A stretch of DNA of 63,151 bases, the filler included, from Reclinomonas americana ATCC 50394 (Eukaryota), in assembly GCA_048213135.1 (NCBI GenBank). It is 4 parts of 2 records of this genome, joined end to end, with 100 filler letters (N's around TTAATTAATTAA, not from the genome) between each part and the next. Parts side by side here need not be neighbours in the genome. Positions count along the whole stretch, not along the records: positions 17,794 to 31,361 come from PS015103.1; positions 31,462 to 56,397 come from PS015103.1; 2 more parts are not named here. One strand, written 5' to 3'. The position numbers and the translations under genes are program-made. The notes below the pieces were generated by a model. That model was not told the origin of the DNA. It worked only from the letters and a program-made list of their open reading frames with translations, and ran no database searches. This document shows positions 28,501 through 41,000 of the stretch, one piece after another; the stretch's first letter is position 1; every line of letters starts with the position of its first letter.

Positions 28501-29771
28501 GCTGAGTCGAACCGCCTTGTCGTAGTCCTGGCAGGCACAGTAAGCACGTGCGAGTTCGTGAGTTGTCTCCGACACACGGCCCCTGTCAATTACGGGCAAC
28601 GATTGCATCAGTTGCAGCGAATCACGCAGTAATTCAACGGCTTCCTGAGGTCGACCGAGTCGTCGCAGGGCGTGCCCTAGTCTGATCGTCATAATTAGCG
28701 TATTTGAATCATCAGCACCAAGCTGCCGTGACCACCGCTCATGCGTACGAGCAATCAAATCATATGCCTCCGCCACATAGCTATCGACATCGGCGGCGAG
28801 CAGGTAGTCGCCAAGGCGAAACGCACACACCAAAGTCCTGCAGTCGTCGCTGCCACGCAANNNNNNNNNNNNNNNNNNNNTTTGTGACTCTGCGCAAGCG
28901 CTTTGCGCGCACAGTCAACTGCTTCTGTTACGTAACCGGAGTACCGAAGCGCCTCGGCGTGGAAGCACATAGTATCCAGCGTCGCCGTGCTGTTTTTCGG
29001 CAACACGCGCTGCTGACGCCGCAGCGTGTCCCGAGACAGTTCAAGAGCATCGTCGTGCCGTCCAAGCTTGCAAAGAACGTCACTCAGCGAGGATGTCAAG
29101 TGCAAGGCGCGAGGATCGTCGGCACCACAGGATTCGCGCATTCTATCAATAACGCGCTCAAGGTGAGAAACAGCCTCCGTCAAGTTTGCCTCACCGCCGA
29201 CTCCACGGAGAGCCAACCCAAGGGTACGCCAAACACTGCACTTATAATCGTAACTCAAGTTCGTCGTTCCCCGCAGCAAGTCTCGACAAACTACAACTGT
29301 CTCCTCGTACAAACATGCGTCATACAGAGCCCAGGAGAGGCTGTCCAAAACCGCCACCAGGTTCAAGTCGTTCTCCGGCAGAACGCGTTTCATTTTCTCT
29401 GCAGTAGTACGAAGAAGACCGACCGCCTCCGTCAGTCGACCCACTTGATACAATTCCTTGCCAAGTACGCTGCATGTACACATCATCACAACGTGGTCGT
29501 CACCATATACACGGCTGTATCGCGCGAACAACTCCTCGAGTACCGAAATCACGCCAGCGTGGTCTTCGGAGCCCAACAAACACGAGAGGTGATTGAGGGC
29601 TGACCGAATCGTCCGCTCCGTGTCGTCAGGGCCAAGAAGCTCAGTGAAGTCGCGCACACACTCGGCGAAGAGTGGAGCGGCTGTAGCATACAATTTCGCA
29701 TCATACAACTTCATCGCCACACAGAAGCGTTCAGTCGCCGCCGCCAATCGCGGACTGTCGTCTGGATCCAT
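25559..29771 (-). CDS. TPR (kinesin-light-chain/TPR_12 type) - coiled coil - RLK/Pelle-like kinase - RING-HC protein, copy 1
   Basis: Intronless TPR block (LG.DD..TL motifs, 28267-29771), a Lys-rich NLS-like segment and a Gln/Glu coiled coil. The kinase has FSWEQVVSMSNNFAERLGGDGGQGKVF, VAIK, HRDLKPANIL, DLG, GDPKYADP and SDVFSLG. C-terminal RING: CMVC...PCMHQVLCRECAERL...CPVCR. Confidence 0.85.
26451..26558 (-). other. Two 4-nt microexons (GCAT 26555-26558; AATG 26451-26454) of kinase copy 1
   Basis: gatgcag|GCAT|gtgagt and tgcgcag|AATG|gtacgt. Joining AA|GCAT|AATG|TT gives K-H-N-V-I-H-R-D in frame. Confidence 0.85.
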
Positions 29772-30122
29772 GATATTGAGTTGAAGGTGTAGTGTTGTTG
29801 TGCTGATGTTGTTTTCCGCGCGTGTGAGAGAGAACTGTGATGTGTTTGGGTGGGACGCCATGACAAAATTGACTTCGACCGCACTGCACACCCCTTCGCT
29901 GGGCGCCACGCAGCAGCAGTAGAGTGCATGGCATGACGACCCGCAATGTAAATGGAGGAATGGATGCGGATGAAAGAGTCAACGTTGAAAATGCAAGTCC
30001 AACAACATCGAAGTCGTTGACGGCATGGCTGCCTGCATGTTCAAGATTACACTATCCTTCTGCAGCGCGGAACACTAAACTCACTACTCGTACATTTACA
30101 ATACACCTTCTCCCCTCGCCCA

Positions 30123-33100
30123 TCATCGCCGCGGCGCCGGGAGACCCACATACGTGTGGAACCCGTATCCTTCGCCCGCATCCACACCCTCCACTCGCAC
30201 GCGACACACTGGACATTCGCCACTCTTGCTCACCAGCCGATCCGCGCACTCCCGACACAACACTTGGTGCATGCATGGACGCAGTCGCGTCTCGCGCAGC
30301 CCGTCGCACACCATGCACGCCCGCCGGCACGACAGCACCGTCAGGTCGCTCAGCTCGCTCGCCAGTTGCTGTGCCGTCGGACGGCGTGCTGGGCGGCCAT
30401 CCAGGCATCTGCAGATTGGTCAGTCAGCGTGTCTCCTCGCAACTCTCTCTTGGAAACACACTAGTACCTCAGTGCCAATCGCACAATCCTCTCACACACA
30501 GGAGCCGGCCACGGTCGACCTGCGCCACCGTCGGCCAGATCCACCGCGGCGTCGAGCAGTGCTTCGCCATCGACGCCATCAATGTCGTCCATCTCCTCCA
30601 GTGTCTCCACTCGCCGATGCACCTCCTCGATTGGCAGGCCGCTGAACACTTGCAGGAGGACGAGACCGAGCGAGAACACATCCGAACTCAGCCGCAGCTG
30701 GCCGTGCATGGCTTTGGGGTCGGCGTACTTTGGGTCGCCAGCAAAGTGAACAGACAAGTGCGTCTGTGGCACGAAGAAGGAGAGGGAAGGGATGAGGGGA
30801 GGAAAGGGGAAGGGAGTGACAGGGTAGGAAAGTGTCACTCACCCCCTCGGTGCGGAACCAGTGTGCCACTCCCAGGTCCGCGATGTAGGCCATTCCACTG
30901 TGGTTGAACAGAATGTTGGCTGGTTTCAGGTCGCGATGGATCACTGAGAGAGGGAGAGAAAGTGAGTGGAAGAAAATGGGCAAAGGACGGAGAACAGACA
31001 CACGTACCATTCTGCGAATGTCGAAAAGCGCACAGAAAGGCACGAGTTAGTTAACAAGGAGAGATATGAAGCAAACGCACACAGACAACACGCATGACAT
31101 CTCTCACTCACATGCCTGCATCATCAGCAAGAACAAAGTGAGTCCAAAAAGAATGGAGAACAACAACAGACAACGAGTCATGTGACACGCAACTTGTGCA
31201 GCGAAGCAACAGCCTCGGCACATCGCAGCATGCACGTCATTCGTGCCTCAATCGACATGGCCGGCAGTCCGCGCTCCGCCCACTGCAGCAGTCGGTGCTC
31301 CAAGTTGTGCTCACTGTGAAACACGAAGGAGTGAGTGCACATGAACAGATGACACCTCCCANNNNNNNNNNNNNNNNNNNNNNNNNNNNNNNNNNNNNNN
31401 NNNNNTTAATTAATTAANNNNNNNNNNNNNNNNNNNNNNNNNNNNNNNNNNNNNNNNNNNNCACCCTCTGCAGGGAACGACAAAGAGGCGTGCAGGTGAT
31501 CATCGATCAAGCCAGACGGAAAGACAGAAAAACTGCATCTAGCACTGACGTTCTGCCTCATGCTCTCTCATTAAGTCTTGCTCAACCCGCTTGCGTCCCT
31601 TATAACTTACATCTCTGCTGTTCTCCGACTGCCGCCCTTCGGCCTCTTCTCGTCACACTCACCTCATTGCCTCAAGCACCACACATCGCTTGCCGTCGTC
31701 CGACTCCGCAAACCCAATCAGCGGTACAACGCCAGCCACACTCACCGCCTTGAGCTTCTCCAACTGCGATGCAAGCAGAAAGAGAGTGTGTAAGAAGAGC
31801 AAATTTTCTCCTTCTCTCATCCTTCCCCCATCCACCACCCTCACCTCATTGGAGAACGACTCGATGCACCACGGCAGCGCACTGTCAAACACCTTGATGG
31901 CCACACTCTGTCCAGCCCACTGACCGCAGAACACCTTGCCCTGTCCACCATCACCGCCCAGTCGCTCCGCAAAGTTGTTGCTCATCGACACCACTTGCTC
32001 CCACGAGAATGCCGTCAACGGCGCTGCATTCATCAACAAGCAAACAATGTGAGTCTCCTTCCATCGCCAATCTTTCCCTTCCCCTCTTGCTGACGCACGC
32101 ACCTCGGTGGGTGAGGTCACGCTGCACGGCGGCCAAATCAGCCTCAAGTCGTTGTGCTCGGTCATGCTCGCGCTGTCGCTGCTCGTCCACACGATCCAGC
32201 GCCGCCTGCAGTGCAGCTCGCGCGGTTTCTTGTTGCTGGAGAGAGACGGCATGCTCAGCGATGGTCACCTCCTGGTGTTGCACATCCTGCTGCCACTCGC
32301 TCATCTGCGCTTGCTGCTCGTCCAGTTGTCGCTGCAATGCCGCCATCTGCTGTTGCATCCGCTGCATGGCTCCCTTCTGCTGCCGCACACGCTCCTGCCA
32401 TTCCCNNNNNNNNNNNNNNNNNNNNGCGCCGTCTTTTGATGTTCTTCCAATTTGCGCTCCTCTTCCGTCAGCTGCTGCTGCTCACGCTCTGCTGTTTGTT
32501 CCGCTTGCTGCATGCGCGAGTGCCACTCACTAGCCACCTGTCGCTGTTCTTGTAGAAGCACCTGCTGCTGCTGATGACAAGCCAGTTGCATAAGTGCGAA
32601 TCGACAACAGGACGATAAAGACAAGTCGCAACTGAGTCGGTTGCCACCGGCACGGGCGCGCTGGACTTGTCGCCACTCTTGCGTCCGCCGCGACGAGCAG
32701 CGTCGAGGGCCCCGCAAGCGCGATCAAAGGCAGCTTGAGCGGCCTTCGTTAGCGAGTTGTTGTTGCCGAATATGCGCCGGTGGCGCATCAGTGAGTCTTT
32801 CAACAGCGCAACGGCCAGCTCCATGTTGGCGACGTCGCCGGTGCGTGTGTACGCGGCGGCGAGACTGCGAATACCAGCCATGACGTCTTGCTGATCTCTG
32901 CAAGGCGCAGATTCAACTCGACGCAGCAGTTCGTTGCCGAATCGAATCGCCTCGTCGACCTTGCCAAGGGCCTCCAGCGCCTGCGTCAGGGCAGACAGTG
33001 TGGCCGCTATGTGGCGGTGATCGCGGGGCAGCACACGGTCCTGTCGCGTGAACGCATCTCGCAGCACTGGCAGCGCCTCCTCGTCGCGCTTCAGCTCGTG

Positions 33101-34196
33101 CAGCGTCGAGCCGATGGCGGAGGTCATGTTGAGTGCGTCCTCACTGTTTTCACCATACAATCGGGTGAACCGCGCCTGCAAGTCTCGGAGATGCGCAACA
33201 CCAGCTCGCTTTCGTGCGCGTTGGCCAGGCACGCCGCATGCGACTGCATCGCTCGCAGCGTCCTGTCATGGTCGACGCCGAGCAGCTCGGCAAACTCGCT
33301 GGCGCACGCCGCGAATTCATCCGCCGCNNNNNNNNNNNNNNNNNNNNNNNNNNNNNNNNNNNNNNNNNNNNNNNNNNNNNNNNGGCCAGCGCGTCACTGC
33401 AGATGAGCTTGTTGGCTTCGCCGAAACGCAGGTCGCAGCGCATGCCACGTATGTTGCGCTGTACTGCCACCGTCTGCTGCGTGAACTCGTGATTCACGCC
33501 CAACACTCGCCGCTGCCGCTCCATGGTGTCGTCCAGCAACCGCAAGCTCTCCTCCAGGTTCTGCATGCCATTGACGGCCGCCAAGTCCTCCGCCAGGAAG
33601 AACGCATTCGCCAGCGACAACATGTGATCGTGGCCCAGCGCACGACGCCGTCCCGCCAGAGCCATTCGGCGGAAACCCACCGCCTGCTCCGTCTTGCCCG
33701 TCTCCTCGCACACCTCCGCCAGTGTCTGCATCACCGACAGTGTGTGATCATCATCGGCCGGCAGCGCTCTCATCATTTGCGGCAGCAGCTTGCTCAGCAC
33801 AGCAAACGCCTCGTCACATCGCTGCTCCTTGAACAGCGCCGTGCCCAAGTTGGAGGTCAACAAGAGCGTCATCAGGTGGTCCTCACCACACACACGCCTA
33901 TTGCGCTCCAACGTGTCCTCGATCAGTGGCAACGCGCGACTGTAGTTCTCGAGGCGGAGGTATACGTGAATCAGTGCGCGTGCGGCGTGGAGCGTGTCCT
34001 CGTGGTCGGCGCCATGCAGCTCCTTGAAGAGGCGCATGCATTTCGTGTAGGCCTGCGCGGCCTCGTGCAAGTCGCAGGCCGCCAGCGAACGCCTCGCCTT
34101 CTCGCACAACTCCTCGGCTTCGGCCAGACGGCGAGCGTTGGGCGGCGAGGAGGAGGCGGCCGCGGAGGGCGACGCTTTCGACTTGCGTTTCGACAT
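30123..34196 (-). CDS. TPR - coiled coil - RLK/Pelle-like kinase - RING-HC protein, copy 2 (apparent frameshift at ~33205-33215; linker inside an intron)
   Basis: The kinase-RING half is nearly identical to copy 1 including introns, while the TPR block (MSKRKSKAS... from 34196) is strongly diverged. Microexons at 31112-31115 (GCAT) and 31008-31011 (AATG). Confidence 0.8.
31406..31417. other. Artificial assembly linker TTAATTAATTAA
   Basis: 12-mer inside an N run. The kinase intron continues collinearly with copy 1 on both sides. Confidence 0.95.
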
Positions 34197-34667
34197 GTGC
34201 AAAGGGGTCAAATTAGCTCGCGGAGACTCTCTCTGTCCGTGAGAGAAAAGGCGGGTCGAGGGAGATGAGGAAGGCGAATGGGTGTGCAGAGGCAAGGGGC
34301 TTGCAGAGGGAGAGGAAAGACGCGCGAGAGAATATGCGATCGTCGACGTCGATCATGGATTCGCAATTTGTGATCAGGATTGTTCCTGAGCATATGCAAC
34401 TTGCCACTGTACACATGCATGTAAGAAGCTTGCACGTCTGCTGGAACGCACAGATTCTCGTCACAGCGACTCCTGCATTTCGAATTCATTGTCGACGTCG
34501 ACTTCGAAATCGAGTTTCTTGCCTCTGCCATGGCCACACCTGCGCACGTGCATTCTTCTGTCAGTTCTTGGGAGCTCTCCCTTGATGACCACTTGCGTAG
34601 CTTCTCTCTGCAGTCCGCGGTGTCCGTCGGAAAAACACTTTTTTGTCCAATTTCGTAATTGGTTGCA

Positions 34668-34952
34668 ATGTCGAGACGAGTGTTTGTCGCTCTCTCGCTG
34701 TCTCTCTTTGCGTTGTTGTTGCTGGTGGTGGTGTCAGTCGCGGAGGCCAAGTCGACTTGGTCGTCCGATCTGCCGATTGTGGTGGTGTATGCTGCGAAGC
34801 CACCTGCTGATAGTTGAGTGAGAGTGAGTGTGAGAGAGAGCATGGGAGAGTGAGAGAGAGAGAGAGAGAGAGCATGGGAGAGAGGATGGGAAAGAGAGCA
34901 TGAGAGAGTGTGTGAGAGAAGGGTATAGGATTGACGCGTATGCATGACAGTG

Positions 34953-34986
<34 letters not shown>

Positions 34987-37934
34987 TGTGTGTGTGTGTG
35001 TGTGTGAGACACTGGGGTGACTGGAGGAATGGCATGTTGTTGCTCAAAGTCTCGTCTTGGTAAGGAACGAGAGATTGACTGAGAGATTGGGTGATTGCCT
35101 TGGTTACAGGTGCCATTGAGAGATAGAGAGAGGGAAAGAGTCTCGTGCTCACTCCTCCCACTCTCCCTCTCCTGCTTATAGAGACGTTTGTTCCCGCGCG
35201 ATGGAGCGTAATTGACAGTGGCGATGGGAAACGCAATCACTTGGACGACACTCCGGCGTGGGGTGATGAGTCGGCGCGTGTTCGTCTGCGTGGCGAGTAC
35301 ACGGTGAAGTTGCGTAGAGAGGGGAGGAGAGGAGAGGGGAGGAAATGAGAGGGAGGAAAGGAGAGGGAGGAAAGGAGAGGGAGGACAGGTGAGGGATGTG
35401 CTACTCTTCCTCTGCCTTCTCTTTCCAGTAAGGAAAGCGAGTCTCAGTTCTCAACCTGCTTCTCTGTGAGACAAGACCGTTCTGTGCTTCTTGCCGTCTC
35501 CTCGCTTTTCGTTCTCTGATGGCTTCGACGGAGCTTCTCCCTCCGTGTCCCCTTTCCGACCTGCGGGAGTTGCCATTCCTCTCATCTCGCTTCTTCTCAG
35601 CTTTCCCAAGAACAACTACGGCCTGAAGCTGTCTAGCGACCACGAAATGCTCGGCATGCCCAAGGACAGCTCGTGGGCTCTCTACGGCGTGTACTCGGTG
35701 AGGTGTGCGCCTCGCGATGTGCCGTGCATGCGATTCTCATTGCATTCGTTCCTCGACTCCCCGCACAGGACAAGACCCTCGTGCGCAACAAGTTCATGAT
35801 GTCGATTGCTGCAAAGGTACTTGCTTTGCCGTGCACTCTCGATTGAAATCGTGTCACGCTCACCTCTGGCGGCACGTTGCAGATGGGCTACTACAGCTCT
35901 CGCATGCGTGCTGTGGAGCTGTTCTTCTGTGCCCCAGACTCCAAATCGCCGGCCGAGTCGGATTATTGGGGTGAGACCTTTTCAGTTTGGATGCGTCGGA
36001 GATGGTCCATTCTCACATGATCCGGCAGGCGTGTACTACGTCATGGAAACGCCGGACCGCGGCTCGCACCGCGTCGACATCAAGGCGCTGCATCCAGAGG
36101 TGAGAAATGCGAGAGAGAGAGAGGCCAGCCGCATTGTCGTTGTTGATGAGTGACGGTTGCCAAAAGGATGACACGGACGGCACGAAAATCTCCGGCGGCT
36201 ACATCATCAAAGTAAGGGAGGGTGTCTCACTCGTCTTGCTTGCCTGTGGATTGACATGTGGTCCAGCACGATGCCATCAACGCCGGCGACATCTGGTTCA
36301 CGACGAACAGTGGTCGCAACTTTACGCTCTCCTATCCCGGCGACTCTACCACCGATGCCGAATTGAGCTACATCAAGGTGAGAAAGGATTCCGACACGCA
36401 CGCCAACCCGTCGGCAGTAGCTGGTTGTGCGGTCTCCGATACGTGTGTCTGTTCTCGGCTTCCTTCTCTCTTGCTCTCACTTTCTCGGAATGCGTGCTCG
36501 GAGACGTCCATCTGCAAACACGAAGAGAGAGGCAAGCAGGCTGGCTGGCTAACAGCGAGAGAATGAGAGAGAGAGAGAGTGGTGTACGGTGACGGGTTTC
36601 ACACTGCATTCTCTCATTTCTAGTCTTTCGTCTCTCTCGCAGCCGTCTCTTCCTCTCTCTACTCTCCGTCTCCCTTTGTTTATTGTCTGTCTTTCTGTAT
36701 CTCTCCATCTTTCCCTCTTTCCCCCCTCTCTTCTCTGTCTGCTGTCTGTTTTGTCTCTCTCTCTCTCTCTGTGCCTGTCTGTCTGTCTCTCGTTCTCGTG
36801 TTCTCAAGTTCTCATCTCTTCCCCCCTCTCTCTCCCTCCCACCTCTCGCCCCCTTCCCCTCCCCTTCCCCTTCCCCTTCCCCCTTCCCCCTCCCTCCCCT
36901 TCACCCCTCCCTCCCCTTCACCACTCCCTTCTCCTTACGTCCCCCCTCGCAGGGCTACTACAACGGCCTCGAAGCAGTGATCCTTGACCCGCAGTACACC
37001 ACCAAGTACTACTCGTGGATCGACGTGCCATCATTTGTTGACACCATCATCTTCAACGAGCTGACCAAGGACCGCGACAGTTACCTGGTGCGTGTGTGTG
37101 TCGCGCATGCTTCTCCCTTCCCCCCTTTGTCTTTCCCCCTCACGAGAGTGTGTGTTCGACAGCGCAATACTCTGTACTACAAGGACCGTGACTCGGTGCT
37201 CGTGTCGGGGCCAGTTGCGGGGCCGTCGAAGCAATTGCGTGTGCACTGCTGCTGTGTCTCACTCTCCATCGCCAGCTGTGGGACCGCGAAGATGGCCTGT
37301 ACAATGGTGTGTGGACACGTGACCAAAGCGCTTCCCCCATTGATATTCACTACCTTCCTCCCCCTCACAGTCAACAAGACAACACCGTTTACGCACAGCT
37401 GCCATTATTATGATGTGCGCATCCCTCACATTGCTTACATCACCACTTTCCTGCTCAATCTGCCTGATGTTGCGCAGTTCACGTGGCCCATGGTGTGGCC
37501 GCAACCGGCAGGCATGGATCGCCGCTTCCCGATCTGGTATGAGCCAGCCTGCTCTTCATTTGGCATTCGCCCCCTGTCTCACATCACCCGACTCCAGGTG
37601 GCCGCGTCTGTACCTCGATCCCGTGTTTGCCCGCCGGCTGCAAACACGCTGGCAAGAGCTGCGTGCTCCCGGCGGCGTTCTCTCCGACGAGAACGTCCTG
37701 GGCCTGATTGACGAGCTGACCGGAGTGGTCAACGAGGCGCAAGCGCGCAACTTTGTGCGCTGGAGCATTCTCGGTCGCAACTTTAACAATCAATGTGAGC
37801 CGACGCCGCTTACGTGGCTCGGTGAAGTGGAGAATCTGCGCGCCTGGCTCGTGAACCGGTGCGAGTGGCTGGATGCGCACATTGTGCCCAGCTCATCGGC
37901 GCCTTTGCGCGGCAATTCACGTGAAAGTGAATAG
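34668..37934 (+). CDS. Secreted CotH-family atypical protein kinase, ~13 exons
   Basis: Signal peptide MSRRVFVALSLSLFALLLLVVVSVAEA, then SDLPIVVV, RLRGEYTVNFPKNNYGLK, GMPKDSSWAL, DKTLVRN, YWGVYYVME, GGYIIK, IDVPSFVD, NELTKDRD, GPLWD and RWQELR, which is the CotH motif series. Stop TAG at 37932-37934. Confidence 0.85.
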
Positions 37935-38037
37935 AAAGATGACGTATCGGCAACATTAAAAGTACACTCTCGTTCACTCTAATCCCACTGCACGGCAACA
38001 ATAACACAAACACCGAGCAGCCGGCCATCACAACCCA

Positions 38038-41000
38038 TTACTCCCAGCAGTCTGTGTCGCAAGGGAAGAGGTCAGCAGCACAAATACACACTGAGGGTAC
38101 GACACAGTGCATCGTCGACCCACCATCTTCATCCACACTTTGCGCTGCAACACACTCGGCAGCTCCCCTCTCCACCTGCGCCAGCGCCTGCATTGCCAAC
38201 GGCGCTTCCTCCTCCTCCTCGCTTACCAATTCATCCATCGCAGCCAGCGCAGCACTGGCGGCGGCTTGCTCCCGCTCGGCGCACCACCGAACTCCCCACG
38301 GCATGGCCATCCACTGCGCACCAGAGGTTGCCGCTGTTTCGGTGCAGTGGCGCGGGTTAGCAAGCACGGTACTGGACGCATACATTCACCAACAGCAAGG
38401 AGGCGTTACCTATCGAAGCCGAGTCCTCGCTTGGTCGCGGCGGCAATGCCGCAAGCACGACAACCGGCACCGGAGCGTCTACCATCGCCGGAGACTCCTC
38501 CGCGACTTGCCGCTCCTCACCCATCTCTGCTGCGGCCACTGCCTCAGCAAGGTCTTGCTCCTCCTCCTCCTCCTCCATCACCACAGTCGCCGGCGGAGCC
38601 ACGACCACCACCTCCTCCTCCACGTCTTGTTCTTCCACCACCTCCGCATCCTCCACAATCGGAGGCCCGCGATACAACGGCGGTGGCTCCGACTGCACTC
38701 CTTCTCCCTCTCCTCCTTGTTCTTCTTCTTCGCCTGCAGCCGTCGGCTCGTCTCCGAAGACGACCATATCGATACCCTCCATGTCGATCACGGTCTCCGA
38801 GCCTCGCACTGTCGGCGCCGGCAGGCTGGCAGCAGACTTTTCGTCTTCGTCCTCTTCTTCCACTTCCACCTCCTCCGCCTTCGCCACCTCCTCGTCATCT
38901 TCGTTGTCATCCTCACCCGGCGTCGTTGCTGCCGCCATGGCAGTCGTCGAGCCGGAAGCTGCAGCCGCTGCTCCAGTTCCAGCCGCATGCAAGCCGGCCA
39001 AGAAACGACCGACCAGCGGCGGAGCGTCGTCCTCTGCGTCGTCCGAGAAGTGGAGACGCTTGGTGGGTGAGGCTGGCGCCACTCCCGGCACTCCAAGATC
39101 GCCAGTGTAGTAGCTCGGCTCAACAACTTCCTCGCCGGCTGCAAACAAAAGTCACATGCTTTAGCATCTCATCGTATTCCCCGAACTTCCCCTGTGCAAC
39201 GGGGCACTCACAGATAACGGCCGAAAGTCGGGCAATGGCGCGCTCCGTCAACGACGGCGGAGAGTCTGGCGGGACGTCCGACACGCTGTATTGGTGCATA
39301 CGCTCCGTACCCGACGGTGTCCAGAGAATTGCCGAGCCCGCTGGCGAGGCAACTGCGTAAAAAAAAAGAGTCAGTCGCAAACTCACGAAAACGAGTTGGA
39401 ATCACGCATACTCCGTACCAGTGGACGACGGCGACGCAGGAATGCCAGTGGAAAACGGAGACAACGAGCCCACAGATGCTGCCTGCGCACGGGCACGACG
39501 GCCTGGTCCCGAACCCGGGTACGCGGAGAGCGCGTGCGACATGTCGTCGTCCTTGTCGCCGTGCTCCACTGTCACGCGAACCCAACCCTCCTCGTCGGAC
39601 TCGGCTACAATGCGAGGGTAGTCCAGGGCTGCCGCCTGCGAGCTGCCCACAGTCTGCTGCTCCTTCTCGCGTCGACGGCGACGTCGAGCGAGCAGCAGGA
39701 GAAGCAGAAGCAGTAGCAGAAGCAAGAACAAGCCGAGTCCAACACTTAGTCCGATGATCAGTGGCAGCTTGCTCTTGCCTGCACGTGGTGCATACGCATG
39801 AGAACCTGTGGCGAGACGCGAGAATCTCCTTGCACTGTTCGCGCACGCAACTTGACGAGCCAGAGTTGGAGGCTCCGTTATTGGACGATCCCACAGACAC
39901 TGCGGCGGTGATGACAAAACTGTCGCTTGTGTCGGCCAGGTACGACGACGTGGACGAGAGAGCGCGTTGGATCGAAGCATCCGACTGAATCAAGAGGCAC
40001 GCAATGTAATTGCCAGTGGCAGTCAACCGCATTGTCATCACCATTTGAGACACATCACTGAAGAGAGACATTGCGTGAGTGTTGATGTGATCGACGAGGG
40101 ACGGGGTGAATGGAAAGGGTGTGTGCGTGCGTGACGCAACGTCTGCGTGCCATTGTTCGGCAGAGTTTCGTAGGTTAGGGAGCCACTGACTGCAGTGACG
40201 GCTTGCGAGAGCATGGCGTCGGTGACATTGGCACACGAACTGACTCCCATGGTCACCGGGATCAACATTGGCACATCGACGGCGCGCAGTGTGGTACCAC
40301 CAATTGTCAACCGAGTATCGTCATTGATAGCCACCAGCAGCGGCTCCACGTGCAGAACGTCCGGAGCTGCAGGCAGGGTCAGCACGGCCGGAGGCGGGGA
40401 GAGCAATGCTCTCTTAGTCTTGTCCCTCTCTCCGTCTCTCTCGCTCTCTTTCCACTCTGCGCACGCAACTGTTCACATTGAACGCCCCGCTGCTCAGACC
40501 AACGACACGACCGCTGGACAGCTGCTGCCAGCCAGCGTGTCGCACGCACAGTTTCCAGCTTGTAGAGCCCTCGGGGCGCACCAGCGGGAAGCGCGCCTCA
40601 GTGCCCGACACAAATGTTGGTTGAACACTGATCGGCTGGTCCACCAGCGCACCATCGCAGAGCGACACTGCTCGCTCGGAAACCCTGCACGCATGCGCAT
40701 ACACCACCAGTTCAGGTGTGCTATACACTTGGTCAACACAGACAAGACACTCAAACGAACCGAGTTTGGCGAGCTCCCGACTGCACATACACAAAGTACT
40801 GATCCCCGGTATTGAGGCCGACACCGGTTACCGTGACAATGGAGAGGATGCCCGTGCGCAAGTTGGCCGGCGTCACACTGGTCACGCTCGGTGCTGCAAC
40901 AGGCGAGTGAGCACGGGAGGAGAATTGAACGAGGAACGTGCGGTGATACGCACTTGTAACAGTGAGCATTTGCGCCAGGGCTACGTAGGGTCGTAGAGGC

